64,000 nt of DNA, taken from an uncultured Gemmatimonadales bacterium (GTDB lineage Bacteria; Gemmatimonadota; Gemmatimonadetes; Gemmatimonadales; GWC2-71-9). The DNA lies in NCBI GenBank assembly GCA_963821525.1, contig CAWGED010000005.1:608001-672000 (forward strand), in the 5' to 3' direction. The notes under the pieces are model-generated. The model was not told the origin of the DNA and made no database searches. It worked only from the letters and a program-made list of their open reading frames with translations. The translations under genes and the position numbers were made by a program. The stretch's first letter is position 1, and the number at the start of each line of letters is the position of its first letter. Shown here piece after piece: positions 1 through 17,403 of the stretch.

Positions 1-1
1 C

Positions 2-3000
2 AGCGGCGACCTCTCGATGCCCGCCGACTTGTTTCGGTCCGTAGGCGGCTTCGACGTCAATTTCCCGTGCCGGGAAGATTCCGAACTGGGCATTCGGTTG
101 ATCAGGGCCGGGGCCCGGGTGCTGTTCGCGCCGGGCGCCGGAGGAATGCATCACGAGCTCCGCGACTACCGTCGTCTCATTCGCCGCAAGCGCGCCGAGG
201 GAGAGGCGGATGTGCGGCTGGCGCGGCTGCATCCCGAAGTGTGGCCGGAGCTGCGCATTTCGTGGCCCGAAGCGCCGACCTGGAATCCCCTGGGGATTCT
301 CCGTCGGGCGGCGCTTATGACACCGTGGCTCGCGCACCTGATGGTCCGCGGGCTGGCCAGTACTCTTCCGTTGCTGGAAGGGCTGCACCTGCGGGGCACC
401 TGGCGGAAGGTGCAAGCCGGCGTGATGTACGGCTGGTACTGGCTCGGCGTCCACGACGGGGTGCGCAGCCGGCGCGGACTCCGGGCACTCGAGAAGAAGT
501 GCGAGTCGCCTATTCTGCCATCTGCTGAGCTCTTCGAAATCGATCTGGCACTAGGCCTGGACGAGGCGGAACAGCTGGTTGAGCAGACCCGGCCGACTGC
601 TATCCGCGTCCGGTTTGGGCCGCTCGTGGTCGGGACTCTGGGAGCCAAACCTGGGGTCGAGCCCTTCCGAGGTAAGCATCTGCGTCCGGCGCTCGCCGAG
701 GAGCTGCCCCAGGCGCTCCTCGCGGCGATGACGACGAGCGCCGCCGCGGGGCACCCCAGGGCCCCGAGGCTCAGGAAGCCCGCCTCCAAGCCGTTGCGGC
801 CCGTGGTGTCGGTCGTCATCCCGGCGTACAACGCGGCGGGCACCATCCGCGAGGCCCTCGAATCCCTTTCCGCTCAAACCCACGGCGAATGGGAAGCCAT
901 TGTCGTGGATGACGGCTCCGACGACGCCACCGCCACCATCGTCGAGGAGTTCGCCGCGCACGACTCGAGAGTCCGCCTCCTGCGCCAGCAGCAGTACGGA
1001 CCGGGACCAGCGCGGAACAGGGGCATGGCGGCGGCTCGCCATCATTGGCTTTTGTTTCTCGATGCCGATGACTGGCTCCTGCCGAAGGCCCTGGAGCAGC
1101 TCGGCGACGCGACGTTGTCCGGCACGGTTGACGCGGTGCATGGCGGCTGGGCCCGGGTGGCACGGGACGGCCGTGTGATGGAGACCCACTTCGCACCTTC
1201 CATGACCGATCTCTTCCCGGTTTTTGCCGAGTATTGTGCCTTCCCGATCAATACCTGTCTGCTCCGTCGGGATCTTACGGCAAAGGCTGGAGGATTCGAT
1301 CCTGCATTGCGAAACTGTCAGGACTGGGACTTCTGGCAGCGCATTGCCCGATCGGGAGCCCGCTTCTGGCGCCTCTCAGAGAAAGTCGCCCACTATCGCA
1401 TCCAGGCCCGATCGGGTGCCACCGCGACAGAGCATCTGCTTCCTAATGGTCTGACGATCATAACCCGGGGGCACGGGAGCGACCTTCGGATGCCCGGTTC
1501 CAGGCATGAGAAGGGTGCCCCTGCGGGAGAAGCTGCCGGGCCGAGGCTCCGGTTCGGCGCTTGGGTGGCGGGAATTCTCATCGGGCGCGGAGAATCGTTC
1601 GAGCCGGTGATGCAGGCCCTGAAGGGTGACGCAGCCCCTGGTCTCAACCCTGCCGAGGTCGCCGATAATCTTTTCAGCGCCGTCCCGCTTGGCCTCGGTC
1701 AAACCGCCGACGCGTGGGACGACTTGTGGCCCAGGGTGATTGGGGATCTCTCAGCGTTCCTCACGGTGCTGGAGCGGCAATCGGGCTCCTGGCAGCTTGC
1801 GCGCCGGAGTCTCCTCGCGCTCGAGCGGCTGACGCTGGATACCTCGCGATCGCAGCGTCCCTTCACCCGAGGCCGCACCCACGCCGTTGCCGTAGAGGTC
1901 ACCCGACCGATCGAACAGATTCAGGTGTCCGAGCATGTCGAAAGAGTCCACTGTGCGGTGACGGTGGATGGTGAACGGATCGGGACCGTTCTACTTCCAG
2001 CCTGCGATGGTGTTGTCTCCGCCCGGGTACTGGAGGACGCCATCGCAGCCCGGTTCGTCTGGCCCATCCTTGGCCGGTTCTTCGACGCGACCCTCTATCG
2101 CGAGCTCGAGTTCCGCCGCACCCCTGGTGGGATTCTGATTTGCCGAGACGGGGCGCCACTCGCCGCTCCGATCAGGGACGAGGCGGCGGTCGTGCGGGAG
2201 CGACTCCACGACCATATCGGCTGGACCCTGTTTCTTCAGGAGCTGTGGGGTCTGTCACCGCAGGCAGCGGCGGAGATCGACCAGGAAGGGGGGAGTGGGG
2301 AACAGTCGCCGCGACACCAGGCGGGTTGGAAGGTCGTTGAAGTGAGCGACGAGCTGCCAACGTTCCAGACGCCGGACTCGGCAGTCACCATCGAACCGCG
2401 GGTCGGGGGAATGGGGATGGGACTCATCTCGGTGCCCAGCGAAGGCGGTCGAGTCACCGCCAGCCGTCTGAGATCGGTAATCACGACCGAGACCGGACTC
2501 GAGTTGTGTCGGGTCGCGGTGCGCGAGGGGATCCTCGGTCGGCCCTTCGAAGGCGGAAGGCTGCGGCAGCGACTGGCAGAAGCAGCGAAGGCCCAGGTCC
2601 CGACTGGGCCATCGTACGCGGAAGTCATCCCGCCCGAAGCGGCTGACCTTTTGACACTCGATTGGACCAGCATAATTGGCCGCGCTGTCCGTTCCGATGA
2701 GACCCTGTGCGTATCGCGGTACCGGACCTCGCATCCCGATGTGCCTGCCGATCGGCGTGCCGACCTGCCGCGGGCCGTGATTCCCGAGCTGCTCGCGGCG
2801 GCAGCGATGGGTTCTCCCCCGGCGGTCCGCTCCTCGAGTGAAGGTTCGCCGCAAAGAGTGGCCTACCTTCCCGAACTGGTGTCACGCTCGGTGCCAGACC
2901 CCGATCAGCACGTTCGAGCAAGCGCTGGGTGTGGCCGTCCGGCGCCGACCTACACCGCCGCTCCAGGTCCGCTCACGCTTCCGATTCTCATGTACCACAG

Positions 3001-3664
3001 CATCTCGGCCGAGGGGCCGGCCGCGACCGCGCGCTACGGGGTGAGGCCTGGCGCGTTCGAGGCCCAGCTTCGCTACCTTCGCGACGCCGGTTTCACCACA
3101 GTCACCCTCCGTCAATGGCTCACCGCCGTCCCGCGTCGCCGGCCTCTGCCGGCGAGGCCTGTCGTGCTCACCTTCGACGATGGGTATCGGGACTTCGAAG
3201 CGAACGCCTGGCCGCTGCTGCAGCGCTACGGGTTCGGGGCGCTGGTCTTCCTCGTGGCCGATCTGATCGGTGAAGCGGCTCGCTTGGATGCCGACCTCGG
3301 TGAGCCCCTTCCGCTCATGGGCTGGGATGAGATTCGGCGCCTGGCTTCACAGGGAGTCGAGTTCGGCGCCCATTCCGCCAGTCATCGTCCAATGACGGGT
3401 CTCACTCCCGCCGAGATCGCCCGGGAGGCGATTCGGTCTCGCGTGGTCATCGAACGGAACCTGGGTCGCGGCGTCGATGCCTTTGCCTATCCTCACGGCG
3501 ACACGGATCCCGTTGTAGAGCACCTGGTGGGCGCATCCGGGTTTCAGGTCGGTCTGACCCGCCGGCCCGGACCGGCCGGCCCGCGGGATTCGGCGCTCGC
3601 GCTCCCCCGCATCGAGGTGAGCGGGGATGACGATCTGGCTTCCTTCATCAGCAAACTGGGCTGA
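2..3664 (+). CDS. Multidomain glycosyltransferase family 2 / polysaccharide deacetylase (5'-truncated by window edge)
   Basis: Frame open from base 2. GT2 C-terminal motif GGFD..F...ED.ELG.RL, second GT2 domain ([29 protein letters not shown]), C-terminal NodB/CE4 domain (ILMYH, LTFDDGY, HSASH, FAYPHG). Confidence 0.85.
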   Translation, partial: SGDLSMPADLFRSVGGFDVNFPCREDSELGIRLIRAGARVLFAPGAGGMHHELRDYRRLIRRKRAEGEADVRLARLHPEVWPELRISWPEAPTWNPLGILRRAALMTPWLAHLMVRGLASTLPLLEGLHLRGTWRKVQAGVMYGWYWLGVHDGVRSRRGLRALEKKCESPILPSAELFEIDLALGLDEAEQLVEQTRPTAIRVRFGPLVVGTLGAKPGVEPFRGKHLRPALAEELPQALLAAMTTSAAAGHPRAPRLRKPASKPLRPVVSVVIPAYNAAGTIREALESLSAQTHGEWEAIVVDDGSDDATATIVEEFAAHDSRVRLLRQQQYGPGPARNRGMAAARHHWLLFLDADDWLLPKALEQLGDATLSGTVDAVHGGWARVARDGRVMETHFAPSMTDLFPVFAEYCAFPINTCLLRRDLTAKAGGFDPALRNCQDWDFWQRIARSGARFWRLSEKVAHYRIQARSGATATEHLLPNGLTIITRGHGSDLRMPGSRHEKGAPAGEAAGPRLRFGAWVAGILIGRGESFEPVMQALKGDAAPGLNPAEVADNLFSAVPLGLGQTADAWDDLWPRVIGDLSAFLTVLERQSGSWQLARRSLLALERLTLDTSRSQRPFTRGRTHAVAVEVTRPIEQIQVSEHVERVHCAVTVDGERIGTVLLPACDGVVSARVLEDAIAARFVWPILGRFFDATLYRELEFRRTPGGILICRDGAPLAAPIRDEAAVVRERLHDHIGWTLFLQELWGLSPQAAAEIDQEGGSGEQSPRHQAGWKVVEVSDELPTFQTPDSAVTIEPRVGGMGMGLISVPSEGGRVTASRLRSVITTETGLELCRVAVREGILGRPFEGGRLRQRLAEAAKAQVPTGPSYAEVIPPEAADLLTLDWTSIIGRAVRSDETLCVSRYRTSHPDVPADRRADLPRAVIPELLAAAAMGSPPAVRSSSEGSPQRVAYLPELVSRSVPDPDQHVRASAGCGRPAPTYTAAPGPLTLPILMYHSISAEGPAATARYGVRPGAFEAQLRYLRDAGFTTVTLRQWLTAVPRRRPLPARPVVLTFDDGYRDFEANAWPLLQRYGFGALVFLVADLIGEAARLDADLGEPLPLMGWDEIRRLASQGVEFGAHSASHRPMTGLTPAEIAREAIRSRVVIERNLGRGVDAFAYPHGDTDPVVEHLVGASGFQVGLTRRPGPAGPRDSALALPRIEVSGDDDLASFISKLG

Positions 3665-3672
3665 GCCATCTG

Positions 3673-4912
3673 ATGCCGTCGCCCTTTCCCGAATTGCCCC
3701 TGCCGATTCGAGTCGCCGATCTGGAGATCGCCGGCGGCGTTCCCGACCTCCACCGGTGCCATGGATACGGCGGTGTCTTCCTTCTGCTCCGGCGGCACGG
3801 TTATCCCCTGGGATCGGTCACCCTCTCGGTCTCGGACGACAGGGTACACGCGGGAGCGATCGCAGCGGCGATGCATCGCAGGTTGTCCCCCCAGAACAAA
3901 CGTGCGCTGCTGCTCGATAACCATGCCGTGGTATCCCGCCACACGCCGTCGATCAGTGTCGTGGTGTGCACCCGGGACCGGCCCCGATCGCTGGAGCGCT
4001 GTCTCAAATCGCTCGCCCGCCTCGAGTACCCGACGTACGAGGTCATCGTGGTGGACAATGCCTCAATTTCTGAAGCCGACCCGGCAGGCTGCCAACACCG
4101 CCGGCGTTCGCTACGTGCGAGAAGAGCGCCCCGGACTCGACTGGGCCCGAAACTGCGGCTACAAAGCGGCTCGCTATGACATCGTGGCTTACACGGACGA
4201 CGATACCGAGGTCGATCCCAAGTGGCTGGCAGGGTTTGGCGCGGCCTTCGAGGATCCCGCCGTTCGCGCGGTAAGCGGCCTCGTGCTCCCTGCTGCGATG
4301 GACACCGAGGCCGAAGTGCTCTTCGAGCTCTGTTCCGGCGGGATGGGGAAGGGGACAATCCCGCGCGAGTTCGATCCGGCTGCTCTCCCGGCATGGCAGC
4401 GGATCGGCGCCCACCACGTCGGCGTCGGCGCCAACATGGCCTTCCGGCAGGACCTGCTCCAGGAGCTCGGAGGATTCGACACCGCTCTCGATGTCGGGAC
4501 GCCCTCACATGGTGGTGGAGACCTGGACATCTTCCACCGGAGCCTGATGGCCGGCGCCGTGATCCGTTATCAGCCGGCGGCGCTCGTGCGCCATCATCAT
4601 CGGCGGGATCTACCCGGCCTCCGCCGCCAGTTCACCGACAACGGTCGCGCCTTCGGGGTCTACCTCCTTACGATCTTCAAACGTGGCGCCATCCCACGGC
4701 ACACCACGGCGTGGTACTCGATCCGGATATGGCTCGCCTGGCTCATCGGGCGCGTCGTGAAGCGATTTGCCCGGCGGGAATTGCTCCCGCTCCCGTTGCT
4801 GCTCGCGGAGCTTTGGGGAGCGGTGCAGTCCCCCTTCGCCTTCTTGGCGACCTATCGCGAGGATAGCAGGCGACGCGGTCTCTACTCGACCCCGCCACGC
4901 GGGCGGACCTGA
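3673..4912 (+). CDS. Glycosyltransferase family 2 (frameshift near 4070)
   Basis: ORF 3673-4179 gives ISVVVCTRDRP...YEVIVVDNAS. ORF 3761-4912 continues with GLDWARNCG, YTDDD, GANMAF, GGFD, GGGDLD. Confidence 0.85.
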
Positions 4913-5016
4913 CCGGCGGTCGGCATGTCCGGGGACGTCCCCAGGCTACGCATCACTTGTTACGAGAGATTTTGCCTGGACCCGGCTGAACCGACCTGGA
5001 CCGCTCGAGGTGCTAC

Positions 5017-5994
5017 ATGGCTCGATATCGCAACGCCTTGCCCCAGCTCAAGGGCGACCTGTTCCTCACTGATGGTGGCATTGAGACCACCCTGATTTTC
5101 CTCGATGGGCTGGATCTGCCCGATTTCGCGGCCTTCGACCTGCTCAAGCGGCCCGAGGGCGAGACGGCTCTCCGGAAGTATTTCCGCACTTATGCCGCGC
5201 TGGCGAAGAAGTTCGGCACCGGCCTGATCCTCGAAGCCGCGACCTGGCGGGCCAATCCCGACTGGGCTGCCCGCCTCGGCTACAAGCGCGACGGCCTCGC
5301 CAACGCCAATCTCAAGGCGATCCGTCTACTGGAGCGGATTCGTGACGAGTTCGAGGACTCGCGCACCCAGGTGGTCATCAGCGGGTGCGTCGGTCCGCGG
5401 GGAGATGGGTACAACCCGGCCTTCCAGATGTCCGAGGCCGAGGCCGAGTCGTATCACGGCGAGCAGATCGGAACCTTCGCGGACAGTGCGGCCGATATGG
5501 TCACCGCCATCACGATGAACTACGTGGAGGAGGCCGTGGGTGTCGCCCGCGCGGCGAAATCCGCAGGCATGCCGGTCGTCATCTCCTTCACCGTCGAAAC
5601 GGACGGGAAGCTGGTGACCGGCCAGTCGCTCAAGGACGCGATCGCCACGGTAGACGCGGCTACCTCGGCCTATCCCGCGTACTACATGATCAACTGCGCC
5701 CACCCGACCCACTTCGAGTCGGTGCTCACGCCGGGCGAGCCATGGTTGGCGCGGATTCGGGGCCTGCGGACCAACGCGTCGCACAAGAGCCACGCCGAGC
5801 TAAACGAGTCTCCGGCGCTGGACAGCGGCAATCCGGTCGAGCTCGGTCAGGAACACGCCCGGCTGCTGGATCGGCTTCCCCAGTTGAACGTCATCGGCGG
5901 TTGTTGCGGCACCGATCATCGCCACGTGGAGCAGATCGCGATGGCCTGCTCGCCGCTGTTCCCCGCGCACGGAAAATCGTCTATCTCCGCGTAG
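5017..5994 (+). CDS. Homocysteine S-methyltransferase family protein
   Basis: LTDGGIET, GCVGPRGDGY, INCAHP and GGCCGT zinc-binding motifs; GAGG RBS upstream. Confidence 0.9.
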   Translation: MARYRNALPQLKGDLFLTDGGIETTLIFLDGLDLPDFAAFDLLKRPEGETALRKYFRTYAALAKKFGTGLILEAATWRANPDWAARLGYKRDGLANANLKAIRLLERIRDEFEDSRTQVVISGCVGPRGDGYNPAFQMSEAEAESYHGEQIGTFADSAADMVTAITMNYVEEAVGVARAAKSAGMPVVISFTVETDGKLVTGQSLKDAIATVDAATSAYPAYYMINCAHPTHFESVLTPGEPWLARIRGLRTNASHKSHAELNESPALDSGNPVELGQEHARLLDRLPQLNVIGGCCGTDHRHVEQIAMACSPLFPAHGKSSISA

Positions 5995-6022
5995 TCGGGA
6001 TGACGTCGGTCTGCCAAACCTG

Positions 6023-6203
6023 CGAGATATTTGAAAGGGGGGGCCCCCACCCAGGTGGCCCCTTCTCGAATTTTGGGGAGGGGGGCTCCCCCCAGGGGTC
6101 GGAGCGCGGACGATCCAGGCGATTCCGATTGCCTTTGCGTATTTCCGATGAGGTTTTGGACGAGGATCCCCTCGAAATTTGAAAGGGGGGGCCCCCACCA
6201 GGG
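6023..6203. repeat. Three copies of a ~33-nt G/C-run direct repeat
   Basis: ATTTGAAAGGGGGGGCCCCCACC is identical at 6029-6051 and 6177-6199; a degenerate copy lies at 6065-6098. Confidence 0.75.
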
Positions 6204-6630
6204 TGAGATGGCTCCTGCCGTCGCGACGACCCAGCCGATGCCCTTCACGTGGCCTCCCATCCTTGTCCCCTTCTTCCCGACCCCAGAGGGACCCACCATT
6301 CATTCTCTCGCTTCAATACCTGCCGCCCCGGTTCTCCCCGCCGCAGTCGCCAACCGCCTGAAGAGGCAATACATTAGAAAGCACTGGGACTCCGTGACGG
6401 TCTAGTCGGAGTCCCTGCAGCCATACAGCCGCAGGACGGTACCATGTACCAAGCGCCTGGTCGCACAATCGGCAGTCGCTTCTCCTCGTCTTATGGCTCC
6501 CGCAAGCCTGTTCCGCGGGCGTGCCTCTTCAGCTCCACCGTCACTCGACATCTCTCGCCAGGCCGGTCGGCTTGAAGCTGCTCCCCGACCCGACCGTCTC
6601 TCGGCCGCAATTTCTCCGGAGAACCCCATC

Positions 6631-12907
<6,277 letters not shown>

Positions 12908-12916
12908 GAGACGAGC

Positions 12917-14173
12917 GTGGAAACTGCCGAGAAGGTCAACATCCTTCTGGTCGATGATCAGCCGGGCAAGCTGCTCAGCTATCAGGCCATGCTGAGCGAG
13001 CTCGGCGAGAACCTGATCACCGCAACCTCGGGACGCGAAGCCCTCGAGCTTCTCCTCAAGAACGACATTACCATCGTCCTGATGGACGTCAGCATGCCGG
13101 AGGTGGACGGCTTCGAGCTGGCGGAGATCATTCGGCAGCACCCCCGCTATCAGAAGACGGCGATCATCTTCGTCTCGGCGGTTCACCTGACCGACATGGA
13201 CCAGCTCAAGGGCTACGAGTCCGGGGCGGTGGACTATGTCTCAGTCCCGGTGGTACCGGGACTGCTGCGCGCCAAGGTTCGGGTCTTTGCCGAGCTCTCC
13301 CGCAAGTCGCGGGAACTGGAGCGACTGAACCGGGAGCTCGAGAAGAGAGTCGCGCAGCGGACCGAAGAGCTGGAAGCGGCCGTCGCGAAACAGATGGAGT
13401 TGACGCAGCATCTGCGACAGGCCGATCGCCGCAAAGACGAGTTCCTCGCCCAGCTGGCCCACGAGCTGCGCAACCCGTTGGCGCCGATGCGGAATGCTAC
13501 CAGCATCCTGAAGTACAAGGTCGCGCACGACCCCGAGCTGGTCTGGTGTCATGACGTGATCGAACGCCAGGCCAGGCAGCTCACTCGGCTGGTGGACGAC
13601 CTGCTCGATGTGTCGCGCATTACTCGTGGCAAGATTACCCTCCGGCTCGAAACGGTGGATCTCAGTACCATCGTGGCGGAGGCGGTCGAGACCAGCCAGC
13701 CGCTCATCGATTCTCGCCGCCACCAGCTCAATATCAGTCTCCCCGACTCCCCGGTCGTGATCCACGCCGACGCGGCTCGGCTTACCCAGGTCGTGTCCAA
13801 CCTCCTGAACAACGCGGCCAAGTTCCAGAAAGAAAGCGGGCGCATCGATCTCCGGGCTCGCCGCGAGGGGAACGATGCCGTCATCACGGTGAGAGATCAC
13901 GGCTTCGGCATGACGGAGGAGGTGGTGGCGCAGGTCTTCGAGCTCTTCTTCCAGGGCGAGCGGGAGCGCCACCACCCTCACGATGGATTGGGGATCGGTC
14001 TCTCGCTGGTGAAGCAACTGGTCGAACTCCAGGGCGGCACCGTTTCAGCCTCGAGCCCGGGGGTTGGGGAGGGCAGCGAGTTCACCGTCAGGCTTCCCTG
14101 CAATAACGGGGCGGGTGTGGCTCGCCAGGATGAAGCGCCCGGCAGTACGGCCCAAGTCGGACGAAAAGGCTGA
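12917..14173 (+). CDS. Hybrid response regulator / sensor histidine kinase (REC-HisKA-HATPase)
   Basis: N-terminal ILLVDD...LMDVSMPEVDG, LAHELRNPL, NLLNNAAKF, GLGIGL. Confidence 0.9.
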   Translation: METAEKVNILLVDDQPGKLLSYQAMLSELGENLITATSGREALELLLKNDITIVLMDVSMPEVDGFELAEIIRQHPRYQKTAIIFVSAVHLTDMDQLKGYESGAVDYVSVPVVPGLLRAKVRVFAELSRKSRELERLNRELEKRVAQRTEELEAAVAKQMELTQHLRQADRRKDEFLAQLAHELRNPLAPMRNATSILKYKVAHDPELVWCHDVIERQARQLTRLVDDLLDVSRITRGKITLRLETVDLSTIVAEAVETSQPLIDSRRHQLNISLPDSPVVIHADAARLTQVVSNLLNNAAKFQKESGRIDLRARREGNDAVITVRDHGFGMTEEVVAQVFELFFQGERERHHPHDGLGIGLSLVKQLVELQGGTVSASSPGVGEGSEFTVRLPCNNGAGVARQDEAPGSTAQVGRKG

Positions 14174-14323
14174 GGTCTTCTCACCCACCCCGCCAGCTCC
14201 TCCAAGCCGCTGGCGCGGACAGGGCGTTCTCTAAAGACTTAGCGCTGTCAGGAATCGGCGGCGCTATGCGCATCAATCGGTAGGATCCCGTCGATCCTTG
14301 CCCTCGGACCCTGGAGGACTCCC

Positions 14324-15949
14324 ATGTCGTTGCCCTTCCTGATCCTGGCCGCCGCCTTTGGCGCGGTCGCCCGACCCGTCCCCGATTCTGTCCCCGGCGA
14401 CTCCGTCCCCCTCTACGATGACCTCGGCAGCTATCACTTCGCGGTCACCACGAAGGTGTCGGCGGCCCAGTCGTACTTCGATCAGGGACTTCGACTGGTG
14501 TACGGCTTCAACCATGGTGAGGCGATTCGCGCCTTCACCGAGGCCACCCGGCTCGATCCCAACTGCGCGATGTGCTATTGGGGGATCGCCTACGCGCACG
14601 GACCCCACGTCAATGCGGGAATGGATTCCGCCGGTGGAGTCGCAGCGTACGCCGCGATCCAGAAGGCCAGCCAGGTTTCATCGAAGGCCTCGGCCCGAGA
14701 AAAGGATTACATCAAGGCGCTGGCCGCCCGGTATGCCGCCGTGCCGCCAGCCGACCGGGCCTCTCTCGATTCTGCCTACTCCAAGGCCATGGGCAAACTG
14801 GTCGCCAAGTATCCGGACGACCTCGACGCGGCGACGCTGTACGCCGAATCGCTGATGGATCTCTCGCCGTGGAATTACTGGAACAAGGACCGGTCTCCCC
14901 GTCCCGACACTCCGACCATCATTGCGCAGCTGGAACGGGTGGTGGCGAAGAATCCCAACCATCCCGGCGCCTGCCACTACTACATCCACGCCGTCGAAGC
15001 GACGGAGCCCAGCAAGGCCGTGGCGTGCGCGGAGCGGCTGGCAGCCCTGATGCCCGGCGCGGGACACATGGTCCACATGCCCGGCCACATCTACATCCGG
15101 GTCGGGCGGTACAACGACGCCATCATGGCCAACGAGCACGCGGTCCACACCGACATGACGTACATGGCCGCGGAGAACCCCGGGCCCGGGGTGTATACCA
15201 TCGGCTACGTCCCGCACAACTACCATTTCCTCGCCTTTGCCGCGACATTGGCTGGCCGCAGCAAGGAGGCGATCGAGGCGGCGAAGAAGACTTCGGAGAC
15301 GACACCCTTCGACGTGGCTCGGGCGGTGCCGCTTGCCGAGCCGTATCTGCCCTATCAGTTCCTGGCCCTCACTACCTTCGGGCACTGGGACGAGATTTTG
15401 GCTCTGCCCATTCCGCCAGCCGACCTCAGTTACTCCTACGGCCTCGCTCAGTACGCGCGTGGCGTGGCCTACGCGGCGACGGGGCGCGCCGCCGAGGCTC
15501 AGGCATCACTCGATTCGCTGGTGAAGACGAGGGCGAACGTCAAGCCGGAGTACGCGACGGCCGGATGGTCCACTCCCGCATCGGTGCTGGAGATCGCGGA
15601 GCACTCGCTGCGGGGCGAGATGGCGTTCCGAAGCGGCGACGCCTCCTCGGCAGTTGACCACTTCAAGGCCGCCGCAGCCATCGAGGACGGGCTGCTCTAC
15701 ATCGAACCGCCCGATTGGTACTATCCGGTACGCCATTCACTGGGCCTGGCGCTCCTCAAGGCAAATCGTGCCGCGGAAGCCGAAGCGGTCTATCGCGAAG
15801 ACCTGGTTCGCTTCCCCAACAACGGATGGGCACTCTTCGGCCTCGTCCAGACTCTCAAGGCCCAGGGCAAGGACACGACCGAAGCGTCCAAGCAGTTCCA
15901 GACGGCGTGGGGCTCCGCGGATATTCAGCTCACAGCCTCGAGGTTTTAG
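14324..15949 (+). CDS. Exported TPR-repeat protein
   Basis: Signal peptide, GGAGG RBS, AQSYFDQGLRLVYGFNHGEA, HPGACHYYIH, GHMVHMPGHIY. Confidence 0.8.
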   Translation: MSLPFLILAAAFGAVARPVPDSVPGDSVPLYDDLGSYHFAVTTKVSAAQSYFDQGLRLVYGFNHGEAIRAFTEATRLDPNCAMCYWGIAYAHGPHVNAGMDSAGGVAAYAAIQKASQVSSKASAREKDYIKALAARYAAVPPADRASLDSAYSKAMGKLVAKYPDDLDAATLYAESLMDLSPWNYWNKDRSPRPDTPTIIAQLERVVAKNPNHPGACHYYIHAVEATEPSKAVACAERLAALMPGAGHMVHMPGHIYIRVGRYNDAIMANEHAVHTDMTYMAAENPGPGVYTIGYVPHNYHFLAFAATLAGRSKEAIEAAKKTSETTPFDVARAVPLAEPYLPYQFLALTTFGHWDEILALPIPPADLSYSYGLAQYARGVAYAATGRAAEAQASLDSLVKTRANVKPEYATAGWSTPASVLEIAEHSLRGEMAFRSGDASSAVDHFKAAAAIEDGLLYIEPPDWYYPVRHSLGLALLKANRAAEAEAVYREDLVRFPNNGWALFGLVQTLKAQGKDTTEASKQFQTAWGSADIQLTASRF

Positions 15950-15955
15950 AACTAC

Positions 15956-16054
15956 AGTACCTAGTATCGAGTACCGAGTACCGAGAGGCTCCCCACGTGA
16001 GGCCTGATACTCGGTACTCGGTACTCGGTACTCGGTACTCGGTACTAGGTACTA
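15956..16054. repeat. Inverted heptamer tandem-repeat hairpin (AGTACCG / GGTACTC)
   Basis: 4 units at 15956-15985 and 7 reverse-complement units at 16006-16054. Confidence 0.9.
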
Positions 16055-16138
16055 AGTGCCTACTAGCCCTCCCCGTCCGATCGCGCTAGCTTCGCCACTC
16101 TGTCTCCGGCAATTCTCCCTCCAGGCAAGGGTCCAATC

Positions 16139-16414
16139 ATGACAGCCGAGCAGCCCGGCGGTTCCGAACTCAAGCCGATCACGCCGGCCCGAGTTGCCCA
16201 GGAACTTTCCAAGCTCAGTGCCGACAAAAAGGCGGGACGCGTTCAACCCGATGCTTATGACATGCGGTTCGCCAAGATCATCCATGAGCTTCGCGAGCGC
16301 CGGATCGATGGCGGCCGTCCCGAGGTCGTCGCGGCGCTGAAACCGCTTGTCGACAACGGCGACATCACGGCGCAGGAGTACGATCGGCTGCTGAAGCAGC
16401 TGGGAATGAGTTGA
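16139..16414 (+). CDS. Hypothetical helical protein, 91 aa
   Basis: Codon usage typical of this genome, AAGG RBS, fills the gap between two hairpins. Confidence 0.75.
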   Translation: MTAEQPGGSELKPITPARVAQELSKLSADKKAGRVQPDAYDMRFAKIIHELRERRIDGGRPEVVAALKPLVDNGDITAQEYDRLLKQLGMS

Positions 16415-16424
16415 GGCAATGATC

Positions 16425-16536
16425 GAATGCCGGAGTGGCGGAATGGAGGAATGAGGTCCGGCTCCTGACCTCTCCTCCCCCTGTCACCCAATTCGAGCAT
16501 TCCGCCATTCTTCCATTCCGCCATTCACCCATTCCC
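16425..16536. repeat. Inverted octamer tandem-repeat hairpin (GAATGGCG / CATTCCGC)
   Basis: 4 units at 16425-16456; 5 complementary units at 16498-16536 abutting the next ATG. Confidence 0.88.
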
Positions 16537-17292
16537 ATGTCCGCCGCCCCACCCCTCTCCCCCCTCGAAATGACGGTTCAGGCCGTAGATGGCCTGATCC
16601 TGAAGGGCCTGCTGGCGTATCCTGAGATCGGGCCGGGTAAGGGGTTTCCGCTGGCCGTCCTCGCGCATCAGTATCCCGCCACCGCGGACAGCTACGCACC
16701 CCTGCTGGAAGACCTGCTCGATCTGGGGATTGCGACGCTCGCCTTCGATCTCCGGGGTCACGGCGCTTCCATCGAGGGAACCCATGGCCGTCTGGTGATC
16801 GACAGCCCGGTGGGCTTCACGATGGACGCCTTCGGATTGGCCTTCGTGGGCAGTGCAGGCAAGGTGGGGTTCAAGCACATCAATGACGACATCATTCGCG
16901 TGGCGAGCTGGGGTGCGGTGCAGAACTTCATCGATGCCGGCCGTCTCATCCTGGTCGGCTCCAGCGTCGCTGGGACCGGTGCGGTGCTCGCTGCCCCCAA
17001 GGTGCCGGGGCTCGCGGCGCTGATAACCTTCTGCGCGGCGGGCGAGCCGGTCTGGGGTGATGACGGCCGCGCCCAGGCGCGGAAGGCGATGGAGCTGCAC
17101 CAGGCGCCGAGTCTCCTCGCGACGTCGGAAAAGGATCCCTTCGATGGAGCCGGCAACGTGAAGGCCTGGAGCGAAGGCCTGCGCCACGTGAAGCCGCTTC
17201 TCGTACCGGGCGCAGCCCACGGGATGGCGATCTACTATGATGTACGCGATGAGGTCCTGGAGTTTGTGAAACAATTGAAGATTGCTGATTGA
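16537..17292 (+). CDS. Alpha/beta-fold hydrolase
   Basis: FDLRGHGAS, LVGSSVAG nucleophile elbow, EKD, GAAHG. The start is placed at the ATG after the repeat. Confidence 0.82.
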   Translation: MSAAPPLSPLEMTVQAVDGLILKGLLAYPEIGPGKGFPLAVLAHQYPATADSYAPLLEDLLDLGIATLAFDLRGHGASIEGTHGRLVIDSPVGFTMDAFGLAFVGSAGKVGFKHINDDIIRVASWGAVQNFIDAGRLILVGSSVAGTGAVLAAPKVPGLAALITFCAAGEPVWGDDGRAQARKAMELHQAPSLLATSEKDPFDGAGNVKAWSEGLRHVKPLLVPGAAHGMAIYYDVRDEVLEFVKQLKIAD

Positions 17293-17397
17293 TGATTGCT
17301 GATTGAAAAGCGCTGATGCTCGATGCTGAACCCTGATTGGACTTGAAGTGAAAGCAGTTCAATCGGCAATCGGCAATCGACAATCATCAATCTGCAG
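17273..17397. repeat. Inverted heptamer tandem-repeat hairpin (GATTGCT / GGCAATC)
   Basis: 5 units at 17273-17307 overlapping the stop codon and 5 complementary units at 17358-17392. Confidence 0.88.
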
Positions 17398-17403
17398 CTC
17401 CCC

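Noticed and set aside
6023..6203. Mini CRISPR array (TTGAAAG motif)
   Set aside because: Only 2-3 copies with irregular spacing (~10 and ~70 nt gaps), and no cas genes.
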